UHGV virus genome: UHGV-0017507
Reading direction: 5' to 3' (one strand)
Length of the DNA: 64,000 nucleotides
DNA from: a virus
The translations under genes were made by a program, and so were the position numbers. Position 1 is the first letter of the stretch, and each line of letters opens with the position of its first letter. Below the pieces are notes generated by a model. The model worked only from the letters and a program-made list of their open reading frames with translations. It did no database searches and was not told the origin of the DNA. Positions 29,478 to 38,411 of the stretch are shown piece by piece.

Positions 29478-32087
29478 TTATGATACACTAAAATCCGCAA
29501 TCCCTTGCGCCACAACGGTTTCAGAGTTTGCAACCGCCAAACCCTTGCGCTCTCTTGTTTTTTGACGGTTGCCCTTTGTATAACACTCATCAGAACAATA
29601 AACATCTTGATGACCACGCTTTGGCTCAAATCTCCGGCCACAAATCGGACATACCTTGCCACCAATATTATTCTTTAAATTAGCAACAATGACATCACCA
29701 AAACAGGCCCATAGCATCTTTTTTGTCCCAGTCTTTTGCACAGTGTACAAATAGGCCACAAGCGTATTCACAATATAATCAAGCTTGGCCCCAGTCTCTT
29801 CAAGAATCTTGTCTCGAATATACCGATACATGAACAAATCTTCTTGATTGCTATGATTCTCATCTTCAGCCTTGAACAAATAATTCTGGTGAGTATTATA
29901 ATACTTATACCGTTCAACAATCTTACTGTTCTCTCGAATATCGAACCCAACATCTTGATTCATTAGCATTCGATAATCAAAACGGCCAACAGTCTTGCAA
30001 TATCGAATGTTCTTATCAGGAATAGATAAGCTCAACCGATTCATAGCCGATTCATTTGGTTGTTCGACTTGAGAAGGTAGCTTATCTTTAGCGAACTGAA
30101 AAAAATAAGGAACACTAGCCTTAGTATAAGACTTAATAATCTTATCAATTTCTTTTGGTCGTGTTGGCGTATATAATGTCTTAGCCGCATCAATAACAAA
30201 GTTGTTTTCCATGCACAGCCAACGCACAACATTAACCTCTTGCTGACCAACATGACCATTGTTCCAAATCTTAGTGATATTGTTACTGATAGGCCCAATA
30301 TTACCAGTTGTGTAAGCTTTTGTCATACCATCATACAACGCCTGATTATTAAGCTCTCCACCTTTAGCCTTTTTCATCTCGTAATACAAGGGTACAATAT
30401 CCTGCATATTACGTTTAGCTATCTTGGTCAAAATTCGATCTTTAATAACCAACGCCTTATCCCCATCAACATCAAATTGAAGAATCCTTGAAATCGTGTC
30501 ATGGCAACTAGTGTACACACACTTTGTCATACCAAACCACTTATCTAACTCTTCATTCCGAACATTATTCCTAATAGGCCACTCACGATACAGATGGGGG
30601 CTTCTCAAACAAGCTAATTCATCACCATTACGGTAATCTCGACAATACACTTGACCATCTTCTAATAACCCTTTGGGATTTTGATCTCCCAAAAATAGCC
30701 ATTCACAAAACGCATACAAATCAGGACTAAGAAAAGTATAATGGCCATTAACCCTAAGTCGGCCAGCTTTAGCCTGTTTAACTAGGCTTTTTTTAGTTTG
30801 TTTCAGCACGTCTCGTGAATAAGTATCTCTAAATAACTCCGGATAAACCGTCAAAGCCTCCTGAAACCAGCTCTTATCTGTATTGTACTCAGTAGCGCCA
30901 AGTAATCTCATTGTGGTCTGATAATCAGAGCCAATAGTCTCAATTTCTTCAACTGTACGTTTAGTGAGTTTTGTTATCTCATCATCAGTCATATCAGTCA
31001 AGGTTTGAAGCATCTGATAGTTAATTCTAGCCTTTGGAATGTAATCTTCTTCGATGTTACAATAACAAGCCTCACAACTGAAGTTTTTAAACTTTTCTTT
31101 ATAACAAGCCCAGCTATTGTAATATTTAGCCATCTTAAACTGGCTCTTAGTAAAGATATACTTTATACCTTCAGCAATAATCTTATGCTCTTCACCATAA
31201 ATATCACAGACAGTGGCCTCGCCCCCACATTTCTCTTGAATGAACTTATCAAACGGAAAATTAACCAATAGCCCTTTAACCCATGGCAATCTTACCATTC
31301 TGGTCTTTTCGCCCAATACCATGCCACAGCCGTCCGTATGTGGAATTGACACACCCATCTCTTTGCGCTCAATCTGGTAAGTAATATCGCTGATATAATC
31401 TACAAGGCCGGGGACAAGAGTTTCAAAGTCATCTACAACAATAGACTTGTCAATGTCAAAATCTTCCCAAACATCCGTTGCAGAGTTATTGAGGGCTAGG
31501 TAAGCAAGAAATTTATTGGGGTTGATACCACCACAGTAATTAATCTGGTCTGTTGTAAGGCCACAAGTCAACCGCCCCGCCACTTCATCGTAAGCTGATT
31601 CTTTAACAAACACAGCCCTTTTTGTACGGATTTGACCAGCTGAGGCCGTCAAGAATATGTACCTTTCACCATTATACTCAAATCCGTCAAACACCAGATT
31701 TTTAAACACCTGAAAGAAATACACATTAACAACCATAATGACATCAGTCAGCTCATTTTGCTTTAACTTCAACGCACGAGTTAAGCTACTCTCAAACAGT
31801 GAAATAACATTCTTTGTACTTAACACTTCAGGATTAAGTTTTCTGGGTACTCTATCTTCAGCCCTATTATCTAGGATTTTTGATAGCTCTAATTTTTTCT
31901 TAGTCAAAACCCTGTTAATAGCCGACTTCTTCCAGCTTAAATCTTTCTCACCCCATCTATCTTTATTTTTATACTTTTTTCTGAGCTGATACAGCCCTAA
32001 CATCTGCTTATGATAAGATTGTTCCACTGGCTCATAAAACGCATCTGTCCCAATAGACCATACAAATACTTGACGTGATAGGCTCAT
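29478..32087 (-). CDS. Single-subunit two-barrel RNA polymerase candidate of the YonO / crAss-vRNAP / QDE-1 type.
   Basis: ACLRSPHLYREWP followed about 40 aa later by LQFDVDGDKALVI at nt 30459-30473. This mirrors the RNAP beta-prime pair NRAPTLHR ... NADFDGDQMAVH. It is the first large gene after a consensus leftward sigma70 promoter. There is a C-terminal CxxC...CxxxC zinc ribbon. Confidence 0.5.
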   Translation of the reverse strand: MSLSRQVFVWSIGTDAFYEPVEQSYHKQMLGLYQLRKKYKNKDRWGEKDLSWKKSAINRVLTKKKLELSKILDNRAEDRVPRKLNPEVLSTKNVISLFESSLTRALKLKQNELTDVIMVVNVYFFQVFKNLVFDGFEYNGERYIFLTASAGQIRTKRAVFVKESAYDEVAGRLTCGLTTDQINYCGGINPNKFLAYLALNNSATDVWEDFDIDKSIVVDDFETLVPGLVDYISDITYQIERKEMGVSIPHTDGCGMVLGEKTRMVRLPWVKGLLVNFPFDKFIQEKCGGEATVCDIYGEEHKIIAEGIKYIFTKSQFKMAKYYNSWACYKEKFKNFSCEACYCNIEEDYIPKARINYQMLQTLTDMTDDEITKLTKRTVEEIETIGSDYQTTMRLLGATEYNTDKSWFQEALTVYPELFRDTYSRDVLKQTKKSLVKQAKAGRLRVNGHYTFLSPDLYAFCEWLFLGDQNPKGLLEDGQVYCRDYRNGDELACLRSPHLYREWPIRNNVRNEELDKWFGMTKCVYTSCHDTISRILQFDVDGDKALVIKDRILTKIAKRNMQDIVPLYYEMKKAKGGELNNQALYDGMTKAYTTGNIGPISNNITKIWNNGHVGQQEVNVVRWLCMENNFVIDAAKTLYTPTRPKEIDKIIKSYTKASVPYFFQFAKDKLPSQVEQPNESAMNRLSLSIPDKNIRYCKTVGRFDYRMLMNQDVGFDIRENSKIVERYKYYNTHQNYLFKAEDENHSNQEDLFMYRYIRDKILEETGAKLDYIVNTLVAYLYTVQKTGTKKMLWACFGDVIVANLKNNIGGKVCPICGRRFEPKRGHQDVYCSDECYTKGNRQKTRERKGLAVANSETVVAQGIADFSVS

Positions 32088-32206
32088 TCAGTAATCCATC
32101 CAATCCATTCTTCTAAAGTCGGCTCATATATATCGTCCCAAACTTCTGGCTCTGTGTCTTGTCCCGTTTGGGTATAAACCTCATAGCTCATCTCTCGCCA
32201 TACCAT
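32084..32206 (-). CDS. Small leader protein of about 40 aa.
   Basis: ATG after AGGTGGAAAT, downstream of the leftward promoter. The longer ORF beginning at 32272 lies inside that promoter. Confidence 0.25.
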   Translation of the reverse strand: MVWREMSYEVYTQTGQDTEPEVWDDIYEPTLEEWIGWITE

Positions 32207-32243
32207 ATTTCCACCTACTCTCTTTGGCGATTTTTCTAATTTG

Positions 32244-32272
32244 ATTATATCATGTTTTGTGCAATTTGTCAA
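32244..32272 (-). promoter_or_regulatory. Leftward early promoter matching the sigma70 consensus.
   Basis: On the minus strand it reads TTGACA-17nt-TATAAT. Confidence 0.6.
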
Positions 32273-32310
32273 GAATTATTTTGTTCATAGATTGTTTATA
32301 TTTTACCCTC

Positions 32311-32339
32311 TTGACAAACAAATAAAATGATGATATAAT
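32311..32339 (+). promoter_or_regulatory. Rightward promoter P1.
   Basis: TTGACA-N17-TATAAT with a TGa extension. Confidence 0.55.
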
Positions 32340-32445
32340 AAAATATAGAATATATAAATATATTAATTATAAATTACTAAGTTATTATATTCACATATAA
32401 GAGTATTTACATATACTTTATATACTTTAACATATATACTTTAAC

Positions 32446-32474
32446 TTGTCAATATAATATACAAAATTTATAAT
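32446..32474 (+). promoter_or_regulatory. Rightward promoter P2.
   Basis: TTGTCA-N17-TATAAT, preceded by ATATACTTTAAC-type tandem repeats. Confidence 0.5.
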
Positions 32475-32558
32475 ATACAGAATTTTGATTTTAATATATT
32501 AGACTGCGTAAGCAGGATAATATATTAAAAGAAAAATTCAAGTAAAAAGAAAAATTCC

Positions 32559-32587
32559 TTGACATTCGTTTCATCTCGTGTTACACT
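32559..32587 (+). promoter_or_regulatory. Rightward promoter P3.
   Basis: TTGACA-N17-TACACT with a TGt extension. Confidence 0.5.
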
Positions 32588-32606
32588 CATCTCATGAGGT
32601 GAAAAC

Positions 32607-32846
32607 ATGGCTAGAACAAAACAACTTAATCTTGTTGTCCGATTTAGCGGAACACCATACGTTATCAATGATCTCGGCCCAAGCAAGTCTCCTCGATTTG
32701 AGCTTTACAACGAGTCTACTAAGAATGTTGAGGCCAAATCAGATAACCCACGAAACTTTGATAATTTTGTATGGAAGGAGGATAAAAATGCTAGATTTTC
32801 TGAAAAGCTTAAAACAAAAACGAACCGAAGAAGAAAAGAAAATTGA
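32607..32846 (+). CDS. Small basic protein, the first rightward gene.
   Basis: ATG preceded by GAGGTGAAAAC. 79 aa, Lys/Arg-rich. Confidence 0.35.
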   Translation: MARTKQLNLVVRFSGTPYVINDLGPSKSPRFELYNESTKNVEAKSDNPRNFDNFVWKEDKNARFSEKLKTKTNRRRKEN

Positions 32847-33945
32847 ACTATTGCAAAAGCAACAGAGTTCTTTACAGTTGGCAATTGAAGAATTGTCTAA
32901 ACAAAGAACTGCACTTCAAAATTTGAATAACGCTGTTCAAGAGAAAATAGACAAGGCAAATGAAAATCTTCGTTTTGTCCAATCTGGATTTAATACTCTT
33001 GAAGAAGTTGGCTATGAACGCTATGTCCCTACCACCCCAGACGATATTCTTGAGGGTAAGATTTATTGGGCCGAAAACAAAATGGCAAGAATGGCCGGTG
33101 AGGGCACTATCATCCAGTATAACAGAATTTATCGTGTTGATGGGTCTGAGGCCAAAGGTAAAAAATTTCAAGAGTCATTTGGTAAGAATTTATTAATTGG
33201 TTTTAACACTTATGTGCAAACTAAAACAAAATCTATTACAGATAGCAATTACTATCATACTCGCGAACTGATTAAAAAATCTTTTGATAAATATAATAAA
33301 CAAGGCGAATTGTTGGGCATTAGTCTTAATCCATATTATGTCAACCTTCGTCTTGAAATTCTTCAATACACGCTTGAGTTAAAGATTAAAAAAGCCAAAG
33401 AAAAAGCTCAACTTCGTGAAGAGCGTAAGCGAATGCGAGAGCAAGAAAAGTTACTTGAAGATATTGCTAAAGAACAAGAACGCCTTGAACAAGAACGCAA
33501 GTCTATGGATATTGCTTTTGCTAAAGCATTAACAGAAACAGAACGTCAAAAAATTAAGGCGCAAATGAACAAGATTGATAAGCGCTTGGATGATTTGGAA
33601 TACCGTAAAGAGCATAACAACGCTGGCTGGCTTTATGTGATTAGTTCGCCTAGTCTGCCTGGCATGGTGAAAGTCGGGTGCACCAGAAGGTTGGTGCCTA
33701 CAATCAGAATTCGCGAACTCAGCTCAAGTTCTTTACCCTATGCGTTTAGAACACATTGCTTTGTTTTTAGCGACAATTGCTTTGAGCTTGAAACACAGAT
33801 GCACCATTACTTTGACAACAAGCGTGTGGCACAAGACAGAGAGTTCTTTTACATCACGCCACAAGAGGCCATTGATGTATTAAAAAACAGATTTAAACAA
33901 GAAGTCCATTTTGAGGATGTTGAGGACTGCAATGACCAAGACTGA
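32788..33945 (+). CDS. DUF4041-type coiled-coil protein with a C-terminal T5orf172 (GIY-YIG-like) domain.
   Basis: Start after AAGGAGGATAAAA. The N-terminus is a coiled coil. The C-terminal segment GWLYVISSPSLPGMVKVGCTRRL...R.RELSSSSLPYAF...ELETQMHHYF fits the T5orf172 pattern. Confidence 0.5.
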   Translation: MLDFLKSLKQKRTEEEKKIELLQKQQSSLQLAIEELSKQRTALQNLNNAVQEKIDKANENLRFVQSGFNTLEEVGYERYVPTTPDDILEGKIYWAENKMARMAGEGTIIQYNRIYRVDGSEAKGKKFQESFGKNLLIGFNTYVQTKTKSITDSNYYHTRELIKKSFDKYNKQGELLGISLNPYYVNLRLEILQYTLELKIKKAKEKAQLREERKRMREQEKLLEDIAKEQERLEQERKSMDIAFAKALTETERQKIKAQMNKIDKRLDDLEYRKEHNNAGWLYVISSPSLPGMVKVGCTRRLVPTIRIRELSSSSLPYAFRTHCFVFSDNCFELETQMHHYFDNKRVAQDREFFYITPQEAIDVLKNRFKQEVHFEDVEDCNDQD

Positions 33946-34237
33946 AATTGCTGAACTAATTCAACGCCGGAGACTACAAATACTAGTACACAGTTGTATT
34001 TACTATGCGTATAACGAAAATCTTGTCACAGATAATACATGGACCAAGTGGGCTATAGAGCTTGAAGAACTACAAGCCAAACATCCAGAAATTGCCAACA
34101 CAGTTAGATGGGCTGAAGCTTTTAAGGATTTCGACCACAGCACTGGTTATAGCTTGCCTTTTGAGGAAATTGGTATTAGATCAAAAGCAATTCAGTTGCT
34201 AAGATATTCGGAAAAACGAAAAGACAAGGAGAATTAA
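33911..34237 (+). CDS. Hypothetical protein.
   Basis: ORF only. An alternative start at 33932 gives MTKTEIAEL. Confidence 0.35.
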   Translation: MRMLRTAMTKTEIAELIQRRRLQILVHSCIYYAYNENLVTDNTWTKWAIELEELQAKHPEIANTVRWAEAFKDFDHSTGYSLPFEEIGIRSKAIQLLRYSEKRKDKEN

Positions 34238-34238
34238 C

Positions 34239-34703
34239 ATGACACACGAAAATTTTAAGAAACTACTTGAGGAACTTGACGGCAACGCCTCTGAGACTTT
34301 AGCCGAAAAGAACGCTCGTTATTCCAGTTCTGATGACGCTCTGCACAACTTTAAGTCTGGTGCAGAAATCATGGGCGGTACACCGACACAAGCCTGTTGG
34401 GGATATTTGACTAAGCACCTCACTGCGCTTAGAGACATGATTGAACGTAATGATTTTAGCAATCGTGATGACTTTCTTGAGAAAGTTCAAGATTCTATGA
34501 ATTATTTACGGTTTATTTGGGCGTTGGGTAATGAGGGTTTTGAAGATAAGTTTGTTAGGACAAATGATGACCTTGAGACTTGCTATGATTGTGTTTATAT
34601 GACGGTATCAGAGGGCGATTTTCCATGCAACAAATGTAAAGGAACAATATCCGATAGTAGCGAAGAATACAAAACCAGACTAAATTATTATAAAAAGACT
34701 TGA
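34239..34703 (+). CDS. Hypothetical protein.
   Basis: ORF only. Confidence 0.35.
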   Translation: MTHENFKKLLEELDGNASETLAEKNARYSSSDDALHNFKSGAEIMGGTPTQACWGYLTKHLTALRDMIERNDFSNRDDFLEKVQDSMNYLRFIWALGNEGFEDKFVRTNDDLETCYDCVYMTVSEGDFPCNKCKGTISDSSEEYKTRLNYYKKT

Positions 34704-34728
34704 CAATCAATCCCAATCATGTTATAGT
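34700..34728 (+). promoter_or_regulatory. Sigma70-like promoter.
   Basis: TTGACA-N17-TATAGT with a TGt extension. Confidence 0.5.
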
Positions 34729-34748
34729 ATCCTCAAAGGAGCGATATT

Positions 34749-35180
34749 ATGGCACAGTTTCACAATACAAAAATTAATAGATATTTAAACATGGCCAAAG
34801 AGGCCAGTAAGCAATCTAACTTTAAGCAGCACCATCTTGGCGCTGTGGCGATTTACAAAGGTAGTTTACTGGCCACAGGCCATAACAGTACAAAGACCAA
34901 TCCCCGGCAGAAAGAGTTTAACCGTGAGCGTGGTTGGGATGTTGAGGCCAGTGACGTTCATAATACTGTTCATGCTGAGATGGCATGTTTGAGCAAGATT
35001 AGATACCTTGACATTGACTTTAGCAAGGTTAAGCTCTACGTTTATCGTGAACATAAGAATGGGGTTAAGGCATTGGCAAGGCCATGTCCAGCTTGCCAGA
35101 AGATGATTAAGGATATGGGGATTAAAGAAGTTTGGTTTACAACAGAAAATGGCTTTGGATATGAATGGACGGAGGATTAA
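34749..35180 (+). CDS. dCMP/cytidine deaminase-family zinc enzyme, closest to a ComEB-type dCMP deaminase.
   Basis: HAEMAC and PCPACQKMIKDMGIKEVWF match the deaminase motifs H(A/C)E ... PCxxC ... GIKEVxY. Confidence 0.55.
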   Translation: MAQFHNTKINRYLNMAKEASKQSNFKQHHLGAVAIYKGSLLATGHNSTKTNPRQKEFNRERGWDVEASDVHNTVHAEMACLSKIRYLDIDFSKVKLYVYREHKNGVKALARPCPACQKMIKDMGIKEVWFTTENGFGYEWTED

Positions 35181-35471
35181 ATGGAAAGATTAACTAAGCG
35201 CTTGACTAGCGGAGCGGCTGATTATAATTATCCTACCAATTGTTATTTTGACGATGATTCTGGCCATGATAGAATAGCACAAAGCGCTTTTAGACAAAGA
35301 TGCGTTGAACGATTGGCCGACTATGAAGATACGGGGCTGACACCCAAACTTGCGCAAGAAACCGCAGAATTAGCGATATGGGTATATGAAAATGGCCTTG
35401 AAAAGATTAAAAAATGGATTAAGGCAGACAAAGAAGGTCGCTTAATTATTGTTGATAATACACCTCGCTAA
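35181..35471 (+). CDS. Hypothetical protein.
   Basis: ORF only. Confidence 0.35.
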   Translation: MERLTKRLTSGAADYNYPTNCYFDDDSGHDRIAQSAFRQRCVERLADYEDTGLTPKLAQETAELAIWVYENGLEKIKKWIKADKEGRLIIVDNTPR

Positions 35472-35590
35472 GCCAGTTCATGCGATACTTGCGAATTTGG
35501 TTGGGCGACGATTACTACAACCGGCTGTGATTCATTCATGTTTTAATCATTGTGAAAAGTTGGCTGAATATAAAAACAGGAGGGCTGATA

Positions 35591-35974
35591 ATGGCTGAAT
35601 ACATTAAACTGGAAAATGCGATTGCAATAATCGAAGAGAAGCAAAAAGAACTATGCCCCGTTGGACGATATGGCAGAGGTTATGTTTATGGCTCAGATAG
35701 AGAAAAGTATGACGCTTGGGATGAGATTATTGACACTTTAGAAAATATTCCCGCCGCCGATGTGGCCCCGGTGATGCATGCGATGTGGATACCGTCAGAA
35801 AGCGACTTTGATGACGACGACACCTTGTTTGACGTCGAAGAATGGTGCGATTGGCAGTGTGGAGCTTGCGGAGAAGATATTTGTTACGATGACCCGATGC
35901 CAGTGCAATTGCTCCCAAAATACTGCCCCAACTGCGGGGCCAAGATGGACGGAGGTGCTGACCATGGAACTTAA
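35591..35974 (+). CDS. Cys-rich hypothetical protein.
   Basis: Start after AAACAGGAGGGCTGATA. Contains CxxC pairs. Confidence 0.4.
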   Translation: MAEYIKLENAIAIIEEKQKELCPVGRYGRGYVYGSDREKYDAWDEIIDTLENIPAADVAPVMHAMWIPSESDFDDDDTLFDVEEWCDWQCGACGEDICYDDPMPVQLLPKYCPNCGAKMDGGADHGT

Positions 35975-36194
35975 ACAGGCGTTCTTTATTCTGGAACACG
36001 GTTCATCTGAAGGAGAGGGCAAATATTTAGAGGCCGTCAAAACAATTAAGGAAAAATGTCTGCCGGTGGTACGGTGTAAGGACTGCAAACACTTGTGGCG
36101 CGATCTTGCAGGACCGTTTTGCGGTTGCGGACGGGGCTTGAGAGAGATCTACAATGATACCTTTTGCAGCTACGGCGAAAAAAGAGGTGATTAA
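35964..36194 (+). CDS. Small Cys-rich protein.
   Basis: Starts at ATG in the sequence GACCATGG. Contains the CKDCKH...CGCGRG Zn-ribbon motif. Confidence 0.35.
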   Translation: MELKQAFFILEHGSSEGEGKYLEAVKTIKEKCLPVVRCKDCKHLWRDLAGPFCGCGRGLREIYNDTFCSYGEKRGD

Positions 36195-36892
36195 TTATTA
36201 AGCTAATTAATGAAAATTGTCTTAATATTTTATCAGATATAACTGATGAAAGCATTGATTTAATTTTAACCGATATCCCCTATAATATTTCCCGAGACAA
36301 TAATTTCAAAACCATGAAAGACCGCAATGGCCGAAACGGTATTGATTTTGGTGAATGGGATTATGGATTTAAAGAAGAGTCATTATTTGATTTAACGCCT
36401 AAGCTTAAACCGGGTGGAGGTATGATTGTGTTTCACGCTTTTGAGCAATACACTTTGGTGCGTGATGCGTTAAGAAATCTTATCCCCAAAGATAAATTAA
36501 TCTGGCACAAAACAAATCCAATGCCTCGCAATCGTGACCGTAGATATATTGGCGACATTGAGATGTTTTCTTGGTATGTAAAACCAGGTGATAAATGGAC
36601 GTTTAATCGACAGAACACTACTTATGATGGTTCAGTTCTTTCCTATCCATCTGAAAGTGGCGGTGGCTTTAAACGTTATCACCCATGCCAAAAAAATGTG
36701 AAGATGTTAGAAGAGATTCTTCAGCGCCATAGTAACCCAGGCGATATAGTATTTGACCCTTTTATGGGCGGAGGCAGTACAGGGGTTGCTTGTGTAAATA
36801 CTGGCAGAAATTTTATTGGAGTTGAATTAGATAAAGATTATTTTAAAGCAGCAGAAGAAAGAATTATTAGGGCGCAAGCTAAACATTATTAA
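36194..36892 (+). CDS. Beta-class DNA methyltransferase (N6-adenine or N4-cytosine). Its start codon is non-canonical or unresolved.
   Basis: The frame reads ...IDLILTDIPYNISRDN (motif IV, D-I-P-Y) upstream of the first ATG at 36314. The C-terminus VFDPFMGGGSTGVAC is the AdoMet motif I. In the order IV then I, this indicates a beta-class enzyme. AAAAGAGGTGA is followed by ATT and TTA codons rather than ATG. Confidence 0.55.
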   Translation: MIKLINENCLNILSDITDESIDLILTDIPYNISRDNNFKTMKDRNGRNGIDFGEWDYGFKEESLFDLTPKLKPGGGMIVFHAFEQYTLVRDALRNLIPKDKLIWHKTNPMPRNRDRRYIGDIEMFSWYVKPGDKWTFNRQNTTYDGSVLSYPSESGGGFKRYHPCQKNVKMLEEILQRHSNPGDIVFDPFMGGGSTGVACVNTGRNFIGVELDKDYFKAAEERIIRAQAKHY

Positions 36893-36915
36893 GATTAAGA
36901 GGACTGAGAAATCAG
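36893..36915. terminator. Hairpin between convergent genes, read as a candidate bidirectional terminator.
   Basis: GAGGACTGAGAAATCAGCCCTC is an imperfect stem with a GAAA loop, followed by a T-run. Confidence 0.3.
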
Positions 36916-37844
36916 CCCTCTTTTTCTTTTAGCTGTTCGGCTGTGGCGAATATTTCTGGTTCATATTTTATGGCTTTCTCAACCATTTGCTCGTGGATGG
37001 ACTTAGGGATAATACCAAAGCGCTTGCTTTTAAGGAGACGATTAACTTGAGCGTTGTTGAACTTAGGAGCAAAGAAATCTACGAGCCGTTTAAGCTCAGA
37101 AGCCCTTGACACAACAAACGCCTTGGAATATTCATCAAACCCAAGTTCACGAATTTTGTTCCCAATAGCTTGATAATATTGCTTCACCGTCTTTGGCCCC
37201 AGTTTGTACAAATCTTGAATAGATTTAACTTCAACAGAATCCATAAAGTCAAGTTTCGCTTGTTCGATAATAGCCCTTTGTTCATCAGTAGCTATTTGAG
37301 CTTTTTCATAAATTTTATTTGGGCCGTAATGATAAATTTTTCTAAGCATATAGCTTTCGTAATAATCAATAAGCCCACGAGTTCTGAGTTTGGCTAAATT
37401 GGTCTTTAGGATATATTTATCATGCTCCTCAACGATATTGAACCAGCGCCCTTCAAATTCTTCTACGAGGTCGTTTGGAAAGTCGTAAGGAACCTTTATA
37501 TCCAATTCTTCCTTTCCATACTTATAAAGAAAATAATTCTTATTGACCATGTAAAGCTTTTTTCTAAAGTCACTATAAGTGTAAACTTGTTTAATATCGC
37601 CATCGGCAATTAAATCAAGCAAGGCAGCTTGAACAAAGTTATTATAATTTTTTTCGGCTTGAATTAGCGCCTTTTCTTCTTCAGTGTATTGTCTGTGGAT
37701 AATATATTTGCCATAGCCTACTTTTTCTATGTCATAAAACTCTTGTAATTTTTCAATATGGATTTTTCTATTATTTCCGCCCGATTGTTCTTTTTCACCT
37801 AATTTTTTGCATAATTCTGAATAGCTTAATTTTTCTTTGTCCAT
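36912..37844 (-). CDS. Hypothetical 310-aa protein convergent with the methyltransferase.
   Basis: Start MDKEKL follows AAAGGAGAATATT. No recognised motif. Confidence 0.4.
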   Translation of the reverse strand: MDKEKLSYSELCKKLGEKEQSGGNNRKIHIEKLQEFYDIEKVGYGKYIIHRQYTEEEKALIQAEKNYNNFVQAALLDLIADGDIKQVYTYSDFRKKLYMVNKNYFLYKYGKEELDIKVPYDFPNDLVEEFEGRWFNIVEEHDKYILKTNLAKLRTRGLIDYYESYMLRKIYHYGPNKIYEKAQIATDEQRAIIEQAKLDFMDSVEVKSIQDLYKLGPKTVKQYYQAIGNKIRELGFDEYSKAFVVSRASELKRLVDFFAPKFNNAQVNRLLKSKRFGIIPKSIHEQMVEKAIKYEPEIFATAEQLKEKEG

Positions 37845-37922
37845 AATATTCTCCTTTGAAGATGGTATAAGGTATGAAATCTTCATGCCGTAGCAATAAC
37901 GCTCTGCGTTTTGCGTTTTCGT

Positions 37923-37985
37923 AAAGATGGTAAAACTTTTTCCAATACTATAGATATATGTAATAGAAAATTCTTTACCATCTTT
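37923..37985. promoter_or_regulatory. Inverted repeat AAAGATGGTAAA-N35-TTTACCATCTTT, a candidate operator or hairpin upstream of 36912..37844.
   Basis: The two 12-bp arms are exact reverse complements. Confidence 0.35.
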
Positions 37986-38411
37986 TAAATATCCCTACTC
38001 TCCCACCTCTATCATATTATCACATATTAATACTATTGTCAATATATATAAATATAAGTTAACAGATTATTAATATTATTAATGTCTAGTGAAAAGGAGG
38101 CAGAAAGATAATAAGAAAGATTAGATATGATTGACTGGTTGAATAGAGAGGAGAGGAGTGAATTTTGAGGCTGGCTTGGGCGGTTGTGGGATGTTGGTGC
38201 TACAGAGCGTTTGGTATCGGGGAGGCGTTTGCTGCTCCAATACCTGGCCCCGGTTAGTTTACATAATTAACAGATGATAACAAAAATTATCCTCTGGATG
38301 GGGGGGTCTTGGTGATCTGAACCTGGTAGACGATTGTCTACCTCCCTCTCCCGAAAGTGTCGCAAAACTGCAACACATACGCGCACGCATTAGGCGGAGT
38401 ACGAAAGTTTG

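Noticed and set aside
32272-32578. Longer annotated starts: 32272 for the small leftward ORF and 32578 for the 455-aa T5orf172 ORF.
   Set aside because: The ORF start at 32272 lies inside the leftward promoter, at its -35 element. The 32578 start has no RBS and overlaps a better-supported small gene. The internal start at 32788 has a perfect AAGGAGG RBS.
35727-36255. ORFs 35727..35999, 35795..36088 and 36046..36255 on the minus strand, and a long plus-strand start at 35778.
   Set aside because: They are antisense to Cys-rich plus-strand genes that have good RBSs. The plus-strand gene more plausibly starts at the ATG at 35964, which overlaps the upstream stop.
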